In this document: positions 27,438 through 36,390 of the stretch, piece by piece
Layout: each line of letters opens with the position of its first letter
Numbering within the stretch: the first letter of the stretch is position 1
Translations under genes and position numbers: made by a program
Notes under the pieces: model-generated
The model's input: the letters and a program-made list of their open reading frames with translations, nothing else
Told to the model about the DNA's origin: nothing
Database searches by the model: none
Source of the DNA: an archaeon
GTDB taxonomy: Archaea; Nanobdellota; Nanobdellia; SCGC-AAA011-G17; GW2011-AR20
Assembly: GCA_002688355.1 (NCBI GenBank)
Contig: NZCT01000024.1
Location: forward strand, 111,762-175,761
Reading direction: 5' to 3'
DNA: 64,000 nt

Positions 27438-28421
27438 CTATTCATTAAAATTACGCTTAACTATATCTACAACTCTATCTAGTCCTTTACCATCAACTAA
27501 TTCTTGTCCCTTTTTATTCATTTTTTCTCGTAAATTATAATCACTATTTAATTTATTTACTTCATTTCTCAACTCTTCTTCTAAGATTTTAGTTCCCAAT
27601 CCTAAATAAACACTTGTTCCAAATTCAACAAATAATTTGTTTCTATTATCCTCTAATTCATTCTGCGCTAAAACTAATATAGGTAATCCAGTTGCAGCAC
27701 ATTCAAAACTTGTATATCCCCCCGAAACAATACCCACGTCTGCGTTTAACATTAATTTAGATAAATCACTTAACCCTTCATGTAGATTAACATTCTCATA
27801 ATCAGAGTTTATCTTTTCTAGTTCATTTTTATATTTAAAATTAGGAACCATAACAATATCTAATTCTAAATTAGAATCCTTCAAAGCATTAACAGTCTTT
27901 AATGTTAAGCTATTCAAATCTGAACCTCCAAAACAAACAAAAATTCTTTTATTCTCTTTATTCAAAATTCTTTTAGGTAGATTTTTATAAGAATCACTCA
28001 ATAAAGCATATTTAGGCCCATAGTAATATTCTTTTCTAGAGCCAGGATATAAAGAATTAATAACAACATTAGCAATGTTTCTAGTGTCAGTTTCTTGAGA
28101 ATGCTCCATATTTATAATAAAAATATTATTCTCTTTTAACAATTCCATATACGCCTTATTAGCATATAATAAATCATTAAAAACAACATTAGGGTTATAT
28201 TCCTTAATCAATTCAATTTGGCTTTTAATATCATCAAAATCAACTTCTTTAACATTATATCCTCTATCTTTAACAACATTCATACCTAACTTTGATTCTG
28301 AAGACATAACAAATAAAACTTCAATTTCGTCTTTGATTTTGTCAGCAATTCTCAAAGGGGTAAAAGTATGGCCCATTCCAACTTTATTATTCCCTTCTAC
28401 TCTAAAAACTATTCTTTTCAT
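27438..28421 (-). CDS. PseG-like UDP-sugar hydrolase (GT-B-like, pseudaminic acid pathway)
   Basis: MKRIVFRVEGNNKVGMGHTFTPLRIADKI matches the PseG N-terminal GxGHxxR motif. The size is 327 aa. Confidence 0.55.
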   Translation of the reverse strand: MKRIVFRVEGNNKVGMGHTFTPLRIADKIKDEIEVLFVMSSESKLGMNVVKDRGYNVKEVDFDDIKSQIELIKEYNPNVVFNDLLYANKAYMELLKENNIFIINMEHSQETDTRNIANVVINSLYPGSRKEYYYGPKYALLSDSYKNLPKRILNKENKRIFVCFGGSDLNSLTLKTVNALKDSNLELDIVMVPNFKYKNELEKINSDYENVNLHEGLSDLSKLMLNADVGIVSGGYTSFECAATGLPILVLAQNELEDNRNKLFVEFGTSVYLGLGTKILEEELRNEVNKLNSDYNLREKMNKKGQELVDGKGLDRVVDIVKRNFNE

Positions 28422-28455
28422 AATAACACTAGAATAAATATTTTTATAAAACTAA

Positions 28456-29403
28456 TCAAACTGTTATTTCTTTAGTTTTTTTAACCCATTCAACAGTTTC
28501 TTTTAATCCAAAATTTAAGTCATATAATTGTGTATATCCTAATTCATCATTAGCTTTACTTATATCTAAATAATTATGTTTTAAATCTCCAGTAAAAGGC
28601 CCAGAATATTCTGGTTTAACATCTTTATCTAAGAAGTTATTTATAATAAAAACTAATTCATTTAAACTTGTAGGAATACCACTTCCAATATTAATTATTT
28701 CTCCGTCAAAAGCGTCATTATTCAAAGCTTGAACATTAGCATCAACCACATTTTTTACATAAACAAAATCTCTTGTCTTAATTCCCTCACCCCAAATAAC
28801 AGGATTTTCATTATTCAAAATTTTATCAATAAATTTAGGAACAGCTGCAGCATAATGCGTCTTTAAATCTTGTCTAGGTCCAAAAACATTACTTAATCTT
28901 AATATCACAGTTCTCAAACCGTAAGTTTCATGAAATAATTTACAATAATATTCTCCAAGTAATTTTGTAACAGCATAAGTGGATTTTGGCATAGGAACAA
29001 AATTCTCTTTTAAAGGTAAAACCGGATTTTCTCCATAAACAACAGAAGAACCTGCAAATAAAAATCCCTTAATATTATTTCTTCTAGCTGCTTCTAAAGC
29101 ATTATACGTTCCGTTAATATTAACATTATGATATTCAATAGGATTCTTTATAGATTCTAAAATGTACTTCAACGCCGCGTAGTGTAAAACATAATCAAAA
29201 TCCTTAAATTCCTTTTCTAAAAATTCTAAATCTGTAATATCACCTTCAACAAATTCAAATTTATCTTTAACATTCTCTAAATTATTTAAATCTCCATTAC
29301 TCAAATTATCTATAACTTTAACTTCATGACCATTAGTTATCAATTCTTCAACTACATGACTTCCAATAAATCCTGCTCCCCCTGTAACTATTACTTTTGC
29401 CAT
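28456..29403 (-). CDS. NAD-dependent sugar epimerase/dehydratase (UDP-glucose 4-epimerase-like)
   Basis: MAKVIVTGGAGFIGSHVVEEL and YAVTK (YxxxK). Confidence 0.75.
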   Translation of the reverse strand: MAKVIVTGGAGFIGSHVVEELITNGHEVKVIDNLSNGDLNNLENVKDKFEFVEGDITDLEFLEKEFKDFDYVLHYAALKYILESIKNPIEYHNVNINGTYNALEAARRNNIKGFLFAGSSVVYGENPVLPLKENFVPMPKSTYAVTKLLGEYYCKLFHETYGLRTVILRLSNVFGPRQDLKTHYAAAVPKFIDKILNNENPVIWGEGIKTRDFVYVKNVVDANVQALNNDAFDGEIINIGSGIPTSLNELVFIINNFLDKDVKPEYSGPFTGDLKHNYLDISKANDELGYTQLYDLNFGLKETVEWVKKTKEITV

Positions 29404-30663
29404 TTATTTGTAAGTTAACCCTCCAACTTTTACTTCATCTTTAAATTTTTTCAATAATTCTCTTAACTGATCTTCATTAAGGTTACTATGATCAATATTA
29501 ACATAATACTCCCCGCCTTTACCAACTTGAAAATATTTACTCCAATCAGAGTTTTCTGGTTTCATAATTTGTATACCATATTTTTCAGGATCTTCCCACA
29601 AAGGAGTACTTGGATAAGGTGTTAAAATATAAGCATCAGCATATTCCAAATTTAAACTTCTAGCAAAATTAATTGTATCTATAGCCGTCTCCCAAGTTTC
29701 TCCAGGCAAACCAATAATAAAAAATCCTTTAACTTTAATACCTGCTTTATGACACATTTCAACACCTTTTCTTTGTATATCCACTGTCATATACTTCTCC
29801 ATTTTTTTTAATACTTCATCATTTCCACTTTCCAATCCTAAACTTACAATATCGCAACCAGCATTTCTTATACTATAACATAGTTCTTGTGTCAATAAAT
29901 TAGCTCTCGTAGTACATCTCCAAGTGATATCTTTTTTAGGGAAATTTTCTGTAATCAGATTACATAGTTTTAAAACCCTATCAAATTTAAATGTGAAAAT
30001 ATCATCTCCAAAATAAAATCCCCTTATATCAAATTTATCATATAACAATCTCATCTCTTTAATAATATTCTCTGGGCTTCTTGCTCTCCATTTTTTAATT
30101 TTAGCAGATCCACAATAAACACAACTAAAGACACATCCTCTTGAGGTAACCATAACAACAGCCTTCTTACCATTTAAATCCATATCATATTTTCCCATGT
30201 TAAGATTATCATAATCTGGGAAGGGCAGTGCATCTAAATCTTCAATAGGTTTAGAAATAATAAGTTTAGTTTCATCACCTCCCAAAATTTTTTTAATAGC
30301 TTCTTCTCCATCGCCAACAACTAAATGATCAAAAGTTTCGTTACTAGTTTTTTCAGTAGGCATATCTGTAATATGATTACCTCCTGCAATTAATTTTATA
30401 TTTGGATACAATTCTCTTATTTTTTTAGCTAGTTTTATACAATCAAAATAATTTGGTGTTGAAACACTAAAACAAACATAATCATAATTATTCTTTAAAT
30501 TTTCAAATAAATATTCTTCATTATCATGATTTAAATCAATTAACTTAGAATTATAACCTAATTTTTTACAATAAGAATCCAATAAAGCTAATCCTAATGG
30601 CAATCTATCTCCTTTTTTATCTAAAAACTTATCTTCAGGATTAACAAATAAAATTGATTTCAT
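29404..30663 (-). CDS. B12-binding domain / radical SAM protein (class B), immediately downstream of pepM
   Basis: N-terminal B12-like domain ([11 protein letters not shown]) and [14 protein letters not shown] (CxxxCxxC). Its stop abuts the next ORF and its start overlaps the pepM fusion gene by 4 bp. Confidence 0.75.
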   Translation of the reverse strand: MKSILFVNPEDKFLDKKGDRLPLGLALLDSYCKKLGYNSKLIDLNHDNEEYLFENLKNNYDYVCFSVSTPNYFDCIKLAKKIRELYPNIKLIAGGNHITDMPTEKTSNETFDHLVVGDGEEAIKKILGGDETKLIISKPIEDLDALPFPDYDNLNMGKYDMDLNGKKAVVMVTSRGCVFSCVYCGSAKIKKWRARSPENIIKEMRLLYDKFDIRGFYFGDDIFTFKFDRVLKLCNLITENFPKKDITWRCTTRANLLTQELCYSIRNAGCDIVSLGLESGNDEVLKKMEKYMTVDIQRKGVEMCHKAGIKVKGFFIIGLPGETWETAIDTINFARSLNLEYADAYILTPYPSTPLWEDPEKYGIQIMKPENSDWSKYFQVGKGGEYYVNIDHSNLNEDQLRELLKKFKDEVKVGGLTYK

Positions 30664-31979
30664 TTTTCTTTTATCATCCCATTCCCATCAGGGATTAAAT
30701 TAATTACTTGTTTTATTGGCATACACAAATCTTCAACTTCATGTGCCCTTTCATTTCTTAAAATAGATTCTGAAACTTTAACCATTGCTGGATACGCTGA
30801 CCTAAGTAAATGATTTGCATAGATTACCATATTAATTCCGTTATCAGCGAGTTCTTTTTCTGTTATATGTGAATATGTTGAAGGCACAACAACCAATGGA
30901 ACTTTATTTTCAAATTCTTTATACTTTTGACAAAATTCTTTAATTTCATCAAAGCTCTTTTCCTTACTATGTATCATTATAGCATCAGCTCCAGCTTCAA
31001 TATATGCCTTAGCTCTCCTTAACGCATCATCCATACCTTTCTTTAGAATCAGACTTTCAATTCTTGCTATAATCATAAAATCTTCTGTTACTTGTGCTTG
31101 TTTACCAAATTTTATTTTATTTGAAAAATCTTCTATTGTATCTTGAGTCTGCTCTACATCAGTTCCATATAAAGAATTTTTCTTTGAGCCAATTTTATCT
31201 TCTATTATAACAGCAGAAATTCCTAATCTCTCCAAAGATTTAACTGTAAAAATAAAATGTTCTGCTAATCCTCCACTATCACCATCTACAACTATTGGTT
31301 TTGTAGTAACTTCCAAAATCTGTTCAATAGTATTTATCCTTGATGTAACGTCAACAGTTGCAGTGTCTGGTTTTCCTTTTGATGTTGAATCAGTTAAACT
31401 GCTTTCCCATATTCCATCAAATTCTCTTAGCTCTCCATTATCTAAAGTAATATTAGTTTTTTCAGCTATTAAACCAGTTAAACCATTATGAGCTTCTAAA
31501 ATTCTTACAATTGGTTTTGCAGCCAATAATCTTCTTAATTTGTTTTTTCTAAGTTCAGGAGTAGTTCCCATTTCCATCATATTTTGTATTAAATCTGTTG
31601 TAGAAACATCTCTTGTGTATTCAGGTTCGATTAATTTTCCACCCCATTCTTTCATTGCTTCAACAATATCATCTCTTTTACCTTTTTGAATTCCAGTCCT
31701 CCAATCCGTACCGTGAACCATGAAATCTGCTTTTAATTTTCTAACATTAGGAACATAATCCCATGTTTCTTGAGGAATAACTTCCTTAACACCTTTTAAA
31801 TTTTCTACAACAACTTTTCTTTGTTCAAAAGTTAAAAAAGGAAGCCTCTTATAATTCGCAATAGCTTTATCTGTAAGTAAACCGACAGTTACATCTCCTA
31901 ATTTTCTCGCTTCTTTAATTATATTAAGATGACCATGATGAACTGAATCACCACTCATTGGAACATATACAATTGTCAT
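30660..31979 (-). CDS. Cytidylyltransferase-phosphoenolpyruvate phosphomutase fusion (Fom1-like CyTase-PepM)
   Basis: N-terminal [21 protein letters not shown] (HxGH nucleotidyltransferase motif, GCT/TagD-like). From ~residue 135: [27 protein letters not shown] and [16 protein letters not shown], which are PEP mutase/isocitrate-lyase superfamily signatures including the EDK motif. Confidence 0.75.
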   Translation of the reverse strand: MTIVYVPMSGDSVHHGHLNIIKEARKLGDVTVGLLTDKAIANYKRLPFLTFEQRKVVVENLKGVKEVIPQETWDYVPNVRKLKADFMVHGTDWRTGIQKGKRDDIVEAMKEWGGKLIEPEYTRDVSTTDLIQNMMEMGTTPELRKNKLRRLLAAKPIVRILEAHNGLTGLIAEKTNITLDNGELREFDGIWESSLTDSTSKGKPDTATVDVTSRINTIEQILEVTTKPIVVDGDSGGLAEHFIFTVKSLERLGISAVIIEDKIGSKKNSLYGTDVEQTQDTIEDFSNKIKFGKQAQVTEDFMIIARIESLILKKGMDDALRRAKAYIEAGADAIMIHSKEKSFDEIKEFCQKYKEFENKVPLVVVPSTYSHITEKELADNGINMVIYANHLLRSAYPAMVKVSESILRNERAHEVEDLCMPIKQVINLIPDGNGMIKEK

Positions 31980-31993
31980 TTTATTCCTCCTTG

Positions 31994-33352
31994 TTAATCA
32001 AACCACTTTTTTGTTTCATTTGCAACTCTCTCTCCACTAGGAAGATATGATAATTCTTTTTGTGTAGAAAGATTTATTGCTCCAGATATACCTAAAGTTG
32101 CAATTCTTCCATTTTCTTCTCCATTATTTGAAAAAGCATGTCTAATAAATGGTTGAATATACATTGAATCTCCTTTACGTAAAATATCATTAAAAGTTTC
32201 TCCATTATGAATCCAACTAAAATCTAAATCAGAATCTCCATAATTATAAACATAAGTATGTAATGAATTATAAAATCCATTTTCAAGATTTTTTTCTTTA
32301 GAAAGAACTTCTATCTCAAAACCTTTCATAAAAGGCATTTTAGAACTTCTAGCTAAAGGATGTAATCTATAATTTTTATTCTCTGCATTAGGATAAAAAT
32401 ATCCTTCTTCTTCATCTTTACGTTTTACTACAACAACTTCTTCATTTGGTTTATAGTCAGGAATCATTAAATCACTAATTTCAATATTTAACACATTAGC
32501 AATTTTCTGTAAATCCTCAAAAGACTTATCTTGATTTTCATCTAAAATTCTATCATCTATTGTTCCATCTAAATCTCTTAAACTTTCTAAAGAAATTCTT
32601 TCATTATCCATATGTTGTTTGATTAATTGACTAACTGCTTTGTTATGATTTCTATAATCTAATGTAAATCCTTCAATAGCTCTTTCACCTAACGCATAAA
32701 ATTCTTTTTGTGCTCTACTTATATCCCCTCCAAATGTAACAGCAATAATAAGAGCTTCGTCTTCTTTACTTCTATTAGTAAAACTATGTGGCCAAAAAGG
32801 TGTTATATAATTAGAATCACCAGTATTCATCTCTTCACAATATCTTTTCCCATTCACTTCATAATAAAAATTAACAGGGCCAATAAAAAAAGTCATTTGA
32901 TGCATAAAATGTCCATTATTATAAGCTACATCAAGATTATTTGGATCACTATTCTCAACATATCTTAATTCTTTAATCCATTCTGGTTTAAAACCACTTA
33001 GCTTTGACATTGCTGTATCTCTATAATCATAATAATCTGTTCTTTCTCCAGTTTTATCTTTTCTATCAAATATTCTACTTGTTTCTTTAGATTCTTCTTC
33101 TCTCATTATTCTTACACCATTTTTACAATCATCTTCTATAAGGTGCAAATCAGAAACATCAATAGGATAACTTAAGCCAATCTTATTTATCAATTCATAT
33201 GTTTCCTCCTTTTTACAATCCCCAGATAATATTGAATTTAGTTTTCCAGCATCCATTCCAACCTCTGTAGCACAAGCTTCTGGAGTTCTCTTTAAATCAT
33301 TTAATTCACTTAATATTCTTGAACCAACTAATTTTAAAAAATCGTCTGTCAT
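31994..33352 (-). CDS. HEPD/MPnS/HppE-family non-heme-iron bicupin oxygenase; candidate methylphosphonate synthase-like enzyme
   Basis: 452 aa with an N-terminal HTH-like segment and cupin core [22 protein letters not shown]...ITPFWPHSF. By direct count the motif residues are H148, Q152, F162, I183 and H189, a 2-His-1-Gln pattern. The gene lies inside the pepM-ppd-adh operon. Confidence 0.6.
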   Translation of the reverse strand: MTDDFLKLVGSRILSELNDLKRTPEACATEVGMDAGKLNSILSGDCKKEETYELINKIGLSYPIDVSDLHLIEDDCKNGVRIMREEESKETSRIFDRKDKTGERTDYYDYRDTAMSKLSGFKPEWIKELRYVENSDPNNLDVAYNNGHFMHQMTFFIGPVNFYYEVNGKRYCEEMNTGDSNYITPFWPHSFTNRSKEDEALIIAVTFGGDISRAQKEFYALGERAIEGFTLDYRNHNKAVSQLIKQHMDNERISLESLRDLDGTIDDRILDENQDKSFEDLQKIANVLNIEISDLMIPDYKPNEEVVVVKRKDEEEGYFYPNAENKNYRLHPLARSSKMPFMKGFEIEVLSKEKNLENGFYNSLHTYVYNYGDSDLDFSWIHNGETFNDILRKGDSMYIQPFIRHAFSNNGEENGRIATLGISGAINLSTQKELSYLPSGERVANETKKWFD

Positions 33353-34128
33353 TTTCCCCTCCCGTTTGCCTTATCAAAATCTTGAACAGTATCAAACTCT
33401 TTCCAATTTCCCTGAATTATTGTACAGTGTATTTCTTCATTCTCATCTATTAATTCTTGGAAAATATCAGTTATGTAAGCTTTTTGCCATTCCTTTGTAT
33501 TTTGGAATGAATCTAGTTTCTGTAACTTTAAATTTAGTCTATCAAAATGTTTTAAAAAGATTTCTATGCCTTTATAGGTAAATTTCCAAAGTCCAATAAA
33601 CTCTCCTTGTCTATTTTTAGGTGTTTCATGAGTAAAAATATGTTTTCCAATCTTCATAATTTTTTGATTATCATCAAAAATAACATTTTCAGCTTCATCA
33701 ACTGGATGATCTGTTCTTCCTTCATAATAATCTTGCCAATCAATATCAACAACAGCGCTAATATGTTCTTTAGATATTTTTAATTTATTAACAACACTTG
33801 AACCATACCAAATATCAGAATAGCTTATTATAACATCTTCTTTTTCATTTTTAGCTTCTTCTAATTTTTCCCTTGCACAAATTAAAGAATGTAAAATGTT
33901 AGTGTTCCCAAAATCTATATTTTCAAAATATGTTAATTCTGGAAAAATAATCTTTTCTTTTTTATATCCTCTTATTACAGATATATCATTTACCCCATTT
34001 TCTCGTAAAACATCTAAAATATTCTGAAGAATTGGTTTACCTCTAATTTTTAACATGCATTTAGGCGTATCCTCCGTTAAAGGTCTTAACCTTGTAGAAG
34101 GTCCTGCTGCAATAATTATTGCCTTCAT
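33349..34128 (-). CDS. LicC-like nucleotidyltransferase (CTP:phospho-alcohol/phosphonate cytidylyltransferase family)
   Basis: MKAIIIAAGPSTRLRPLTEDTPKCMLKIRGKPIL closely follows the LicC/sugar-NTase N-terminal motif (GxGTRL). Confidence 0.65.
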   Translation of the reverse strand: MKAIIIAAGPSTRLRPLTEDTPKCMLKIRGKPILQNILDVLRENGVNDISVIRGYKKEKIIFPELTYFENIDFGNTNILHSLICAREKLEEAKNEKEDVIISYSDIWYGSSVVNKLKISKEHISAVVDIDWQDYYEGRTDHPVDEAENVIFDDNQKIMKIGKHIFTHETPKNRQGEFIGLWKFTYKGIEIFLKHFDRLNLKLQKLDSFQNTKEWQKAYITDIFQELIDENEEIHCTIIQGNWKEFDTVQDFDKANGRGK

Positions 34129-34171
34129 TCAAAAACAAAAATAAGCAAAATTTATAAGTCTGACTAAAGAA

Positions 34172-35317
34172 TTACATTTCTATCGTACTTAGAATTACAT
34201 TAACATCTTCTTCTGTTGGAACTTCAATACTATTAAACATTCTTTCTGGCGTGAAACCTTCTTTTGTTATTATAGATTTATCGTCAATTTTTGCATCTTT
34301 TAAAGTTAAAGGAGCACCTATTTGGGATTTTAAAGATTGGATACTATCATATAAAATTTCGAAATGATTTTTATTAATCGAAGGGAATATATATTCAACA
34401 AGACCATTTAATTTTTTTCTCACTAAATCAGATCTATCATAGTTAAATTTCAAAATTTCTGGTAAAGTCAAAGCGCAAGCAAACCCATGTTCTAAATCAA
34501 AATGAGCTGTCATTGGATAAGAAAGTGAATGTGCAGGACCTGTAGTTGTCCTACTTATAGCTATACCAGACCATAAACTCGCATACATCATTCTTTCTCT
34601 AAATTTAACTTCGTTAGGGTATTTATAGGTTTTTTCTAAATAACCAAATACTTCAGCTATATTAGTTGGAATAAAATTATCAGTTAAAGAGTTAGAATTT
34701 TTATTAAAATAAGCTTCAAATAATTGAGTCAACGCATCTAATCCAGTTGCTGCAGTGATTTTCCCAGGTAAAGATAAAGTTAATTCAGAATCTAAAATAG
34801 CATAATCAGGACTAACTATATATTTTTCAGGGCCTCCAAAAGATTGTTTCCTTTTATCTTTATAAAAAACAGAAAAAGGTGTAACTTCTGAGCCAGTACC
34901 AGCAGTAGTAGGGATAGCTACAAAAGGGACTTGTTTCTCTTTTATTTTACCTTGAGTAAAGTCTCCATTAAAACCCAAAATTGAAGTATCATTTCTATAA
35001 ACACAAGAAATAATTTTTCCAATATCCATCACAGCACCACCACCTGCACCTATGACCATATCAGAATCATATTCTATCAATTTTTCTAAAGCGTCTTGAA
35101 CTCCTTCAAGTGTTGGAGAACCTTCAACATTATTATAAACAAAAACATCTCTACCATCTAACAAATTTTTCGTTACATCTAAAAATCCTGATTTTTCAAA
35201 AGAATTCTTTCCAGTAACAAGAAATATTCTTTTTGCATCATGTTCTTGAATTATTTCTTTTAATTGATAAAGTCCATTTTCATTGCATATTTTTGTTGGA
35301 ATATTAAAATATTTCAC
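34172..35317 (-). CDS. Iron-containing (group III) alcohol dehydrogenase; candidate phosphonoacetaldehyde reductase
   Basis: GAGGGAVMDIGK glycine-rich Fe-ADH motif, with His-containing metal-site region HSLSYPMTAHFDLEHG. Its position between ppd and pepM matches the FomC/PhpC arrangement. Confidence 0.7.
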   Translation of the reverse strand: MKYFNIPTKICNENGLYQLKEIIQEHDAKRIFLVTGKNSFEKSGFLDVTKNLLDGRDVFVYNNVEGSPTLEGVQDALEKLIEYDSDMVIGAGGGAVMDIGKIISCVYRNDTSILGFNGDFTQGKIKEKQVPFVAIPTTAGTGSEVTPFSVFYKDKRKQSFGGPEKYIVSPDYAILDSELTLSLPGKITAATGLDALTQLFEAYFNKNSNSLTDNFIPTNIAEVFGYLEKTYKYPNEVKFRERMMYASLWSGIAISRTTTGPAHSLSYPMTAHFDLEHGFACALTLPEILKFNYDRSDLVRKKLNGLVEYIFPSINKNHFEILYDSIQSLKSQIGAPLTLKDAKIDDKSIITKEGFTPERMFNSIEVPTEEDVNVILSTIEM

Positions 35318-36378
35318 TTTATTGCTTCCATAAATCTCTTAGTTATTTCTTCAGGTAATAATTCAATTCTCTCAATATCTTCTAGATTGCCTTTCTTAAC
35401 ATTAACTAATAAAAAATTAGGGCCATCCAATTCCAATAATTCTTTAATAACCTTTTCTAAATTCTCCTTATCATTAACTTTTCTAGAGTTTGTATATCCA
35501 CAAGCTAAAGCAATATCTTTAATCTCAGTTGTATTTGATGTAGTTCTTTGTCCTCCTGTAGAAGACCAAGATTCATTATCTAAACAAATATGTAAAAAAT
35601 TCTTAGGTTTAATATTTCCAATTGTAGATAAAACTCCAAGATGCATTAAAGCAGCACCATCACCATCTAAAACAATTATTTTCTCTTTAACTTCTTTAGC
35701 AATACCCAATCCAATAGATGAAGCATGACCCATTGAACCAATAACATAAAAATTTTTAGGAGCATCATCCGCTTTATTTAACTCTCTTGAGATCATTCCA
35801 GTAGTAGAAATTCTAATCATATCTTTTGTATTATTTGCTATTAATTCTACAGCGTCATATCTAGACATTTCGTAATTTGTTTTATGTTGAGATTCATATT
35901 TTTCTATAAATTCAGGATTAACAATTAAAGCTACTGTACTTGTATTTTCCAATTCATCATTAGCCCATTTAATATCATCAAAAGATTCTAAAACTTTAGA
36001 TTTAATATTAGCTAATTCTAAAAACTCTTTAGTATTCTCCCCCATATACCAATGTTCAGGAGCATCTTTTTTATTAGCAGGATTACCTCTCCATCCAACT
36101 AATAATAAACTTTTAGTGTTGTACAAATTATTCAAAGAAGTTTGAGGGTTAATTAAATTCCCAATACCAGCATTTTGCATCATTACAACAGGTTTTTTCC
36201 CAGTTAAATAAGAACCAGCACCTCTTGAAAAAGCTAAACCTTCATTAACATCAGGAATATATTCATTTTTCAAAGTATCTAAATAATTAAAAAATCCACC
36301 AAATGAAGAATCAGCAACACCCATAAAAGGACCAAAATTATATTTTTTCAATTCTTGATACAATTCTTCAGGTTTCAT
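35314..36378 (-). CDS. Phosphonopyruvate decarboxylase-like thiamine-diphosphate enzyme
   Basis: TPP-binding motif GSMGHASSIGLGIAKEVKEKIIVLDGDGAALMHLG (GDG...N). The 354-aa size and gene context with pepM support the call. Confidence 0.7.
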   Translation of the reverse strand: MKPEELYQELKKYNFGPFMGVADSSFGGFFNYLDTLKNEYIPDVNEGLAFSRGAGSYLTGKKPVVMMQNAGIGNLINPQTSLNNLYNTKSLLLVGWRGNPANKKDAPEHWYMGENTKEFLELANIKSKVLESFDDIKWANDELENTSTVALIVNPEFIEKYESQHKTNYEMSRYDAVELIANNTKDMIRISTTGMISRELNKADDAPKNFYVIGSMGHASSIGLGIAKEVKEKIIVLDGDGAALMHLGVLSTIGNIKPKNFLHICLDNESWSSTGGQRTTSNTTEIKDIALACGYTNSRKVNDKENLEKVIKELLELDGPNFLLVNVKKGNLEDIERIELLPEEITKRFMEAIK

Positions 36379-36390
36379 ATAGTTTTTTAG

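Noticed and set aside
30660-36378. Calling the phosphonate operon a fosfomycin biosynthetic cluster
   Set aside because: Homologues of Fom1, Fom2, FomC and Fom3 are present. However the cupin is 452 aa with a Gln at the +4 ligand position (HEPD/MPnS-type bicupin), not the ~200-aa HppE epoxidase with Glu. The context is glycosyltransferase-rich, pointing to a surface-bound phosphonate rather than a secreted antibiotic.
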